This document shows positions 57,057 to 64,000 of a DNA stretch of 64,000 bases, piece by piece. The notes under the pieces were generated by a model that did no database searches, had not been told where the DNA came from, and was given only the letters and a program-made list of their open reading frames with translations. This DNA is from an uncultured Akkermansia sp. (GTDB lineage: Bacteria > Verrucomicrobiota > Verrucomicrobiia > Verrucomicrobiales > Akkermansiaceae), in the NCBI GenBank assembly GCA_947601655.1, contig CANQGG010000005.1, positions 4,309 through 68,308 on the forward strand, in the 5' to 3' direction. How positions within the stretch are numbered: the first letter of the stretch is position 1; the number at the start of each line of letters is the position of its first letter. A program made the translations under genes and the position numbers.

Positions 57057-58100
57057 ATGAGAAAGGTCAGAACAGCGGTGGTGGGAGCAAGCGGGTACAC
57101 CGGACAGGAGCTTCTGCGGATTCTTCTGCTCCACCCGGGTGTGGAGTTGGTATGCGCCACATCGCGCCAGTACGCCGGGAAGGCCCTCAGCGATGTCTTC
57201 CCTCGTTTTCGAGGGGTCCCCGGTGCAGAGTTGCACTTTGCGGCGGCGGATGCAGCTGCCGTTGCTGCCAGCGGTGCGGAAGCCGCTTTTTTGGCCTTGC
57301 CGCATGGAGTATCGGTCGAATATGGGAGAGCCCTTGTGGAAGCCGGGCTGAGGGTGATCGATCTTTCGGCAGATTTTCGTCTCAATGATCCGGCGATCTA
57401 CGAAGAATTCTACGGCAAACCGCATGCAGATGTTGCATTGCTACGTGAAGCGGTGTATGGCATGCCGGAATGGCATCGCAACGAAATTGAAAAAGCACGC
57501 ATCGTAGGCTCCCCGGGGTGTTACCCCACGAGCATCATCCTGCCACTCGTACCACTGTTGCGCGCCGGTCTTATCCAACCGCAGGAGATTGTGGCATCCA
57601 GTGGAAGCGGCGTTTCCGGCGCGGGTCGCAAGGCGGATGTCACCTACCACTTCTGCGAATGCAACGAGAGCATGCGCGCCTACAGCGTGCCTCGCCACCG
57701 CCATCTCTCCGAGATTGAACAGGAGCTCTCCCTCGCCGCCGGTTGCCCGCTGCGCATTACCTTCATTCCCCATCTCATGCCGGTGAACACAGGGATCCTC
57801 ACGACTCTGGTAGCAAAACTTGCGCCCGGCGCGACGGTGGAAAAAATCGGCGCCTGCTACCGGGAAGCGTACGGGAAGGCGCCCTTCGTGCGTCTGCTGG
57901 GAGCGGGAGTTCCGGCGGACACCAAAAACGTCACCCGCACAAATTTTGTGGACATCGGCTGGGCAGTGGATGATAGAACGGATCGTGCCATTCTGATGAG
58001 CGCAGAGGATAACGTCATCAAGGGAGCGGGGGGACAGGGAGTGCACGCTTTTAACATCATGTTCGGCCTTCCAGAGACCACCGGGCTCATGCTGCTCTGA
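57057..58100 (+). CDS. argC: N-acetyl-gamma-glutamyl-phosphate reductase
   Basis: VVGASGYTG, ALPHG, DLSADFRL, PGCYPT, SGVSGAGR, DNVIKGAGGQ. Confidence 0.96.
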   Translation: MRKVRTAVVGASGYTGQELLRILLLHPGVELVCATSRQYAGKALSDVFPRFRGVPGAELHFAAADAAAVAASGAEAAFLALPHGVSVEYGRALVEAGLRVIDLSADFRLNDPAIYEEFYGKPHADVALLREAVYGMPEWHRNEIEKARIVGSPGCYPTSIILPLVPLLRAGLIQPQEIVASSGSGVSGAGRKADVTYHFCECNESMRAYSVPRHRHLSEIEQELSLAAGCPLRITFIPHLMPVNTGILTTLVAKLAPGATVEKIGACYREAYGKAPFVRLLGAGVPADTKNVTRTNFVDIGWAVDDRTDRAILMSAEDNVIKGAGGQGVHAFNIMFGLPETTGLMLL

Positions 58101-58134
58101 CCCCATTGTAGCGCAATCCAAACCGACACAAGTC

Positions 58135-59529
58135 ATGAAATCGGTTCTCCTCATCGTGGATGACGAACGCGCAACGCGCAGCGTACTCAGCCAGGCACTG
58201 GAGGAGAGCTATGAAGTGTACAGCGCGGCGAATGGAAAAGCTGCTCGTGCCGTACTCGAGAGCGAGCCGGTAGACATCCTGCTCACTGATTTGCGACTCG
58301 GCGGCGAAAGCGGCATGGATCTCATCGACTATGCCATGCAGCTGGAGCGACCGCCCACCTGCATCATGATGACAGCCTACGGTAGCCGAAATACCGCTGC
58401 CGAGGCAAAAAAACACGGCGCTTACTACTTTCTGACGAAGCCGCTAAATCTGGATGAGGTGGAGCTTCTTCTGCGCCGCGCCGACCAGGCAAGGCGACTG
58501 GAAGCAAACAATCTCGAACTCACTCAGCAGTTGCGCCCGGCCCGGGGACTGGATGCCATGCTGGGGACGAGTCCAGCCATGCGCGCTCTTTTTGACCGCA
58601 TCCGCCAGATAGCGCCCACAAATGCCACAGTTCTTATCGAGGGCGAAACCGGCACGGGCAAGGAACTCGTCGCGCGAGCTCTTCATTCTCTTTCCCCGCG
58701 GAGTAAGAGCGGAAAATTTGTAGCGGTCAACTGCGCTGCCCTCTCTCCGCAGCTTATGGAAAGCGAGCTCTTTGGCCATGAAAAGGGCGCCTTCACGAAT
58801 GCCATGCAGCGGCGTATTGGGCGTTTTGAGGAGGCCAATGGCGGCACGCTTTTCCTGGATGAGATCGGGGAAATGGACGTCCCGATGCAGGTAAAGCTCT
58901 TGCGCGTGCTGGCCGAACGCTGCATCGAGCGTGTAGGCAGCAATGAATCCATCCCGGTGGATGTGCGCATCGTCGCTGCTACCAACCGTGATCTGCAAGC
59001 CATGGTAGATAACGGACAATTCCGCCTCGATCTCTATCAACGCCTCAATGTCGTGGATCTGCGGTTGCCCCCCCTTCGTGGGCGCGCTGAGGATATAGTC
59101 CTCATGGCGAATGCTTTTGTGCACAGCATCGGTGAGGAGAACAATAAATCGAGCCTGCATCTCAGCCGCGCGGCTCTCGATATGCTGCGCCACTACGACT
59201 GGCCGGGGAATGTACGCCAGCTCCGGGCCGCGATTGAGCACGGCGTTATCCTGTGCGAGGGTGAAACCATAACCCCGGGTGATCTGCCCGAATTTTTGAA
59301 CGGCCACTCCACCCCCGCACCGCAGGAGAAAACGTCCCAAACTCCCCCATTAGCCCCCAACGATCTGAATCTTGATCGCATTGTTCGAAGCACCATTTTT
59401 CGGGCGTTGGAAACTACGAATGGCAACCGCAGCGCCGCCGCCAGACTGCTGGGCATTGATCGTCGAACCCTTCAACGTCACCTCACCGCATCTCCGCAAT
59501 ACTACAAAATCTTTACCCAAAAATCATGA
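58135..59529 (+). CDS. NtrC-family sigma54-dependent response regulator (REC-AAA+-HTH)
   Basis: LIVDDE, LLTD, GETGTGKE, ESELFGHEKGAFTNA, LFLDEIGE, WPGNVRQL, Fis-type HTH. Confidence 0.9.
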   Translation: MKSVLLIVDDERATRSVLSQALEESYEVYSAANGKAARAVLESEPVDILLTDLRLGGESGMDLIDYAMQLERPPTCIMMTAYGSRNTAAEAKKHGAYYFLTKPLNLDEVELLLRRADQARRLEANNLELTQQLRPARGLDAMLGTSPAMRALFDRIRQIAPTNATVLIEGETGTGKELVARALHSLSPRSKSGKFVAVNCAALSPQLMESELFGHEKGAFTNAMQRRIGRFEEANGGTLFLDEIGEMDVPMQVKLLRVLAERCIERVGSNESIPVDVRIVAATNRDLQAMVDNGQFRLDLYQRLNVVDLRLPPLRGRAEDIVLMANAFVHSIGEENNKSSLHLSRAALDMLRHYDWPGNVRQLRAAIEHGVILCEGETITPGDLPEFLNGHSTPAPQEKTSQTPPLAPNDLNLDRIVRSTIFRALETTNGNRSAAARLLGIDRRTLQRHLTASPQYYKIFTQKS

Positions 59530-59807
59530 GTACCCGCACCGTCAAAAATGAACCGGTCAGCTTTGAGAAAGCCATGCAGCGTCTCGAAAGCATCGTAGGA
59601 GAACTCGATTCTCCCGATACCGAACTGGAGAAAATCATTTCCCTCGTGGAGGAGGGCCTCTCGCTGATCCGTAGTAGCCGTAATATGCTGAAAAACGCCG
59701 AGGAACGTATTCGTATCCTTGAGGAATCTGAGAATGACGCGCTCTCAACTCCTCAAGATTCCCCTAAAACAGCACTTCCTCAGGAAGATGGATTCTCCTT
59801 GCTCTGA
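59526..59807 (+). CDS. xseB: Exodeoxyribonuclease VII small subunit
   Basis: SFEKAMQRLESIVGELD...LE..ISLVEEG. Confidence 0.9.
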   Translation: MSTRTVKNEPVSFEKAMQRLESIVGELDSPDTELEKIISLVEEGLSLIRSSRNMLKNAEERIRILEESENDALSTPQDSPKTALPQEDGFSLL

Positions 59808-61713
59808 AACCCCGCTTCCGCCGCTGCTCTCCGGCATCCATTCGCCGGCGGACGTTAAGGCTCTCCCGGAGGAGAGTCTTGGCGAGCTCGCGTCTGAAAT
59901 TCGGCAGGTACTCATCAATACCCTTTCCCACACCGGCGGGCACCTGGCACCAAACCTTGGCGTGGTGGAGCTGAGCATTGCCCTGCACCGCGTCTTTGAG
60001 ACGCCGAAAGACAAAATTCTCTTTGATGTCTCGCACCAGAGCTATGTGCACAAAATGCTCACCGGACGGGCCGAAAAAATCGGCAGTATTCGGCAATTCG
60101 AGGGCATCTCCGGTTTCATGAAGCGCAGCGAATCTCCGCATGATGCCTACGGTGCAGGACACGCCGGCACGGCGCTTTCCGCCGCCCTCGGCATGGCTGC
60201 TGCCCGTGATCTCGCCGGGGAGGATTACCACGTCGTCGCGGTGGCAGGAGACGGCGCCTTCACCTGCGGCACAACTCTGGAGGCACTCAACAACATCTCG
60301 ACTACGACTCGCCGCTTTATTGTTGTACTCAATGACAACGAATGGAGCATTGACAAAAACGTGGGAGCTCTCTCCCGCTATTTCTCCTCCCTGCAAGAGA
60401 CCCAGGCTTACGCCTGGCTGAAGGAGCGTGCGGATTACTTCCTCAAAAATCTCGCGGGCGATAAAGCACGCGAACAGGCTGTACGCCTTATGACCGCCGC
60501 ACGCAGCCTCATTTCCCCGCTGAGTTTCTTCCGTGAACTCGGCCTCACTTACTACGGCCCAATTGATGGGCACGACATCCGCCGTCTCATCCGTGCTCTT
60601 CGCATCATTGCGCGGCTGCATGAGCCCGCCATCCTGCACATCATCACCCGCAAGGGGAAAGGTTACGAACCGGCAGTCCAAAATCCCACCAAGTTTCACG
60701 GTGTGGGTAGCTACGATATTCCGAGCGGAGCCACTCCGAAAAACAGTAAACCGACCTATTCTGAAGTCTTTGGACAATGTCTGTCTCGACTTGCGGACAA
60801 GGACGACAAAATTCTTGCCCTTACTGCCGCCATGCCAAGCGGCACAAAGTTGGACACATTCCGCACCAATCACCCGCAGCGTTTCTTCGACGTCGGCATT
60901 GCAGAAGAACACGCCGCTCTTTTCTCCTGCGGCCTCGCCTCGCAGGGCTTCAAACCCTTCCTCGCCATCTACTCCACCTTCATGCAGCGTTGTGTCGACA
61001 TGATTGAGCACGACGCCGCCCTGCAAAACCTCCCCGTGCGTTTCTGCATGGATCGCGCAGGACTCTCCCCGGATGACGGCCCAACCCACCACGGTCTCTT
61101 CGATATCGCAATGCTGCGAGCCATCCCAAGGCTCATCATGATGCAACCGAAGGATGAAGCAGAGCTCTGCCGCATGCTTGCCACTATGCAGGGCATCTGT
61201 GATGCTCCCTGCTCCATCCGCTATCCGCGAGGCTCCGGTGAGGGCGTGCCCATCCCGGAAGAGCCGGAATCCCTCCCCATTGGCAAAGCTGAGGTCATCG
61301 CGTGTTCTGAGCGTGATACCGTAGCGCTCGTGGCCCTTGGCAACATGAACAGCACCGCTGCTCGCCTGCGCGAATTGTTGCAGGAACGCGGCATCTCCAG
61401 CAGTCATATTAACGCACGCTTCATCAAGCCTCTGGATGCAGATTGCCTCACAGAGCAAGCGCGTCGCTGCCGTCTGATTGTCACGCTGGAGGACCATGTG
61501 GTCACGGGAGGATTCGGATCAGCTGTAGAAGAGTTGCTGATTCATGAGCAATGCGGGGCAGATATCCTTTGCATCGGCTGGCCGGATGCCTTTGTGGAAC
61601 ACGGCAGCGCCGATCGACTCATTGAGCGCCACGGGCTCACCCCTGAGGCCATCCTTCCCCGAGTGCTGCGCCGCCTCGGCGTAGAATCGTCTTCTCCCTC
61701 TTTTACCCCGTGA
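59788..61713 (+). CDS. dxs: 1-deoxy-D-xylulose-5-phosphate synthase
   Basis: GGHLAPNLGVVEL, FDVSHQSY.HK, GDGA, LNDN, DVGIAEEHA, DGPTHHG. Confidence 0.96.
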   Translation: MDSPCSETPLPPLLSGIHSPADVKALPEESLGELASEIRQVLINTLSHTGGHLAPNLGVVELSIALHRVFETPKDKILFDVSHQSYVHKMLTGRAEKIGSIRQFEGISGFMKRSESPHDAYGAGHAGTALSAALGMAAARDLAGEDYHVVAVAGDGAFTCGTTLEALNNISTTTRRFIVVLNDNEWSIDKNVGALSRYFSSLQETQAYAWLKERADYFLKNLAGDKAREQAVRLMTAARSLISPLSFFRELGLTYYGPIDGHDIRRLIRALRIIARLHEPAILHIITRKGKGYEPAVQNPTKFHGVGSYDIPSGATPKNSKPTYSEVFGQCLSRLADKDDKILALTAAMPSGTKLDTFRTNHPQRFFDVGIAEEHAALFSCGLASQGFKPFLAIYSTFMQRCVDMIEHDAALQNLPVRFCMDRAGLSPDDGPTHHGLFDIAMLRAIPRLIMMQPKDEAELCRMLATMQGICDAPCSIRYPRGSGEGVPIPEEPESLPIGKAEVIACSERDTVALVALGNMNSTAARLRELLQERGISSSHINARFIKPLDADCLTEQARRCRLIVTLEDHVVTGGFGSAVEELLIHEQCGADILCIGWPDAFVEHGSADRLIERHGLTPEAILPRVLRRLGVESSSPSFTP

Positions 61714-62264
61714 ACACGCGCGATACGGGCACCGTACTCCGACTTTACCCTTACGGCGAACACGGAGCTGTAGTCTGCTGGTGTACAGCCCGGCACGGTA
61801 TGCTTCGCACCGCCGCACGCAATGCCTTCAAACCGGGTGCGGGCATCAATGGCACTGTCGACCTCTTCCATGAGTGTGAACTCGTGTACCGTACCCCCTC
61901 CCGCGGCGACCTCTGCTCCCTTGTTTCCGCCGAGCTCATCACCCCACGGCTGCCATTGAGGGGAAACATCATGCGGCTGCGTATGGCGGCGTATATGACT
62001 CGCCTGCTTCTGCACACGGTAGAACCCGAGGAAGAAGACCCCCGCTGGCATGAACTCATCTCCAAAGCTCTTGACTATACTGCCACCGCCGAGCCCGCCC
62101 CGCGCACTATCTTTCATTTTGAGGAACGCCTTGCCGACCTGCATGGTCTGCTCTCTCCCCAACTGCCTGCCTACCGCGCGTTGCAACAGCATTTCTCCCG
62201 CCTTCCAACTGACAGAGCGGAGCTCCTCTCCCGCCTCTCTGATACTCACAGCGGCACAGATTGA
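61710..62264 (+). CDS. recO: DNA repair protein RecO (short form)
   Basis: N-terminal OB fold (VLRLYPYGEHG..V...T..HG), FEERL. Confidence 0.72.
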   Translation: MNTRDTGTVLRLYPYGEHGAVVCWCTARHGMLRTAARNAFKPGAGINGTVDLFHECELVYRTPSRGDLCSLVSAELITPRLPLRGNIMRLRMAAYMTRLLLHTVEPEEEDPRWHELISKALDYTATAEPAPRTIFHFEERLADLHGLLSPQLPAYRALQQHFSRLPTDRAELLSRLSDTHSGTD

Positions 62265-62343
62265 ATTTGAAGCCTCCCGCGCGCGGCAATGCCCCTTATT
62301 TTGTCTTGGCAAGTATACGAAAATACGGTAGGATGAAGGGGCA

Positions 62344-63174
62344 ATGAATGCGAAAGAGAACATATTGCTCGTGATTCCCGCCCGGTACGCTTCGACACGG
62401 TTGCCCGGCAAACCTCTGGTCAAAATAGCGGGGGTGGAGATGATACGCCGCGTGGCGGACATCGCAGCCTGCATTTGTCGGCACAATGCAAATTGCGAAT
62501 ATGTAGTAGCAACAGATGATCAGCGCATTATAGATTTCTGCCAAGGAATGGAAATTCCTGCCTGCATGACTTCGGAAACCTGCCGGAGCGGCACGGAACG
62601 TTGCCGGGATGCCGTCTCTCTCCGGGAAAATTCACCGCAATTCATTATCAATCTGCAAGGGGATAATCCCCTCTGCCCGCCATGGGTGATCCAGCAACTC
62701 ATTGATGCCTGGCGCAGCGAAGCGGGAGATGTCTTCACCCCCTGCATTCGTCTCAGCTGGGAAGAGTACGATCGCCTTGTGGAAGCCAAGCGAAACACTC
62801 CTTACAGCGGCACCACGGTACTGGTGGATGCAAAAGGATACGCATTGGCTTTCTCCAAGAATATCATCCCCGCCATCCGCAAGCCGGAAAAGGCGCGCAT
62901 GGCAAATTTGCTCAGTCCGGTGAGGCGTCACATTGGTTTGTACGCGTACACCCGCGAAGCTTTGGAAGCATATTTCAACCTGCCGGAATCGCCATACGAA
63001 GCCGGGATGGTGGAGGGGCTGGAACAAATGCGCTTTTTGTATCATGGGATGAGGGTCAAGATAGTAGAAACGGATTATCGCGGGAGAAAAAGCACATCCG
63101 GCGTGGATTCGCCGGAAGATGTGGCGCGAGTAGAGGATATTCTGCGAGAATACGGTGAATTTGATCTGAGCTGA
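62344..63174 (+). CDS. kdsB: 3-deoxy-manno-octulosonate cytidylyltransferase
   Basis: IPARYASTRLPGKPL, SGTER, NLQGD.P, HIGLYAY, LEQMR, VD..ED; promoter TTGGCA-17-TAGGAT at 62306-62334. Confidence 0.92.
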   Translation: MNAKENILLVIPARYASTRLPGKPLVKIAGVEMIRRVADIAACICRHNANCEYVVATDDQRIIDFCQGMEIPACMTSETCRSGTERCRDAVSLRENSPQFIINLQGDNPLCPPWVIQQLIDAWRSEAGDVFTPCIRLSWEEYDRLVEAKRNTPYSGTTVLVDAKGYALAFSKNIIPAIRKPEKARMANLLSPVRRHIGLYAYTREALEAYFNLPESPYEAGMVEGLEQMRFLYHGMRVKIVETDYRGRKSTSGVDSPEDVARVEDILREYGEFDLS

Positions 63175-63214
63175 GAGCCGGTCTCTCGGGCGCTCCCTTC
63201 TCTGCACATCAAAT

Positions 63215-63916
63215 ATGAGCACGTCCCCGCAACACATCGCCATCATCATGGATGGGAACGGTCGTTGGGCAAACCGACGGGGACTGCCACACGCAGCCGG
63301 GCATCGAAAAGGAGGCGAAGCCGTGCGCAGAGTTGTGGATGCTTGTATTGAGCATGGAATCCCATGGCTTACCCTATACGCTTTTTCGACGGAAAACTGG
63401 GGACGACCGCCGGAAGAGGTTCAAGGTTTGATGCGTATGCTCAACCGCTTCCTGAAGCAAACACTCCCTGAAATGATGGAGAAAGGGGTGCAGCTGCGTG
63501 CTATCGGCGAATTAGACATGCTGCCGCCAGCGTGTCGCAGGCAGCTCAGCGTATGCATCAGAGAAACAGAACACAACAAGAAGCTCGTGCTTACCCTTGC
63601 CCTCTCGTACGGATCAAGGCAGGAAATCACCCGCGCTGCCCAGCGTCTCGCGGCTATGGCTGCGGAGGGCAGGTTGAATCCTGCAGATATCACCCCTGAG
63701 CTTCTCGCCTCCCATCTCGATACTGCAGGCATGCCGGATCCCGACCTTCTCATTCGAACCTCCGGGGAAATGCGTCTATCCAATTATCTCTTATGGCAGC
63801 TGAGCTATGCCGAGTTGTGGGTGACGCCGGTGCTCTGGCCGGACTTTGGGAAGGAGGAGCTGGATGCTGCTCTCGATGATTATGCAGGAAGGCAACGGCG
63901 CTACGGGAAACGCTAG
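63215..63916 (+). CDS. uppS: Undecaprenyl diphosphate synthase
   Basis: HIAIIMDGNGRWA, YAFSTENWGRP..EV, IRTSGEMRLSNYLLWQLSY. Confidence 0.96.
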   Translation: MSTSPQHIAIIMDGNGRWANRRGLPHAAGHRKGGEAVRRVVDACIEHGIPWLTLYAFSTENWGRPPEEVQGLMRMLNRFLKQTLPEMMEKGVQLRAIGELDMLPPACRRQLSVCIRETEHNKKLVLTLALSYGSRQEITRAAQRLAAMAAEGRLNPADITPELLASHLDTAGMPDPDLLIRTSGEMRLSNYLLWQLSYAELWVTPVLWPDFGKEELDAALDDYAGRQRRYGKR

Positions 63917-64000
63917 TGTGAGGATTTTGCTGAATGAGTCGGCACATCCCTCCGTGCGGCGTGGTCAATGGCACTCGTGCGACGAATGACCTTTTCGCCG

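Noticed and set aside
43807-59807. xseA and xseB separated by ~14 kb
   Set aside because: Split location is common, and xseB-dxs linkage is widespread
63917-64000. Start of a gene after uppS (cdsA expected)
   Set aside because: Too little sequence to recognise a product

Overview
64 kb of a GC-rich Gram-negative bacterial chromosome. Gene content and protein style suggest Verrucomicrobiota, Akkermansia-like; this is an inference, with no rRNA in the window to confirm it. Most of the window is housekeeping: ppdK 3' end, trpBA, ppx, aroE, yajC, tgt, trmB, lpxA, rlmH, ppk1, pssA, alaS, ispH, xseA/xseB, aspS, lpxB, gcvTHP, argC, dxs, recO, kdsB and uppS. RNA genes are tRNA-Arg(ACG), tmRNA, SRP RNA, tRNA-fMet and tRNA-Pro(GGG). 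The main accessory block (15.1-29.3 kb) is a 16-gene aryl-polyene (ape)-type type II FAS/PKS lipid cluster rearranged into four operons. Together with an ankyrin pseudogene it is bracketed by two direct copies of an ~84-bp non-coding repeat. A third copy lies upstream of the tRNA-Arg promoter. Other notable signals are a 173-bp non-coding, highly palindromic element at tRNA-Pro that carries an inverted copy of the tRNA T-arm; a recurring leaderless-mRNA promoter layout; an alpha/beta hydrolase with Asp at the nucleophile position; and integration-scar-like sequences beside the t(m)RNA genes. No CRISPR array, integrase or transposase was found. Counts and alignments were done by eye.
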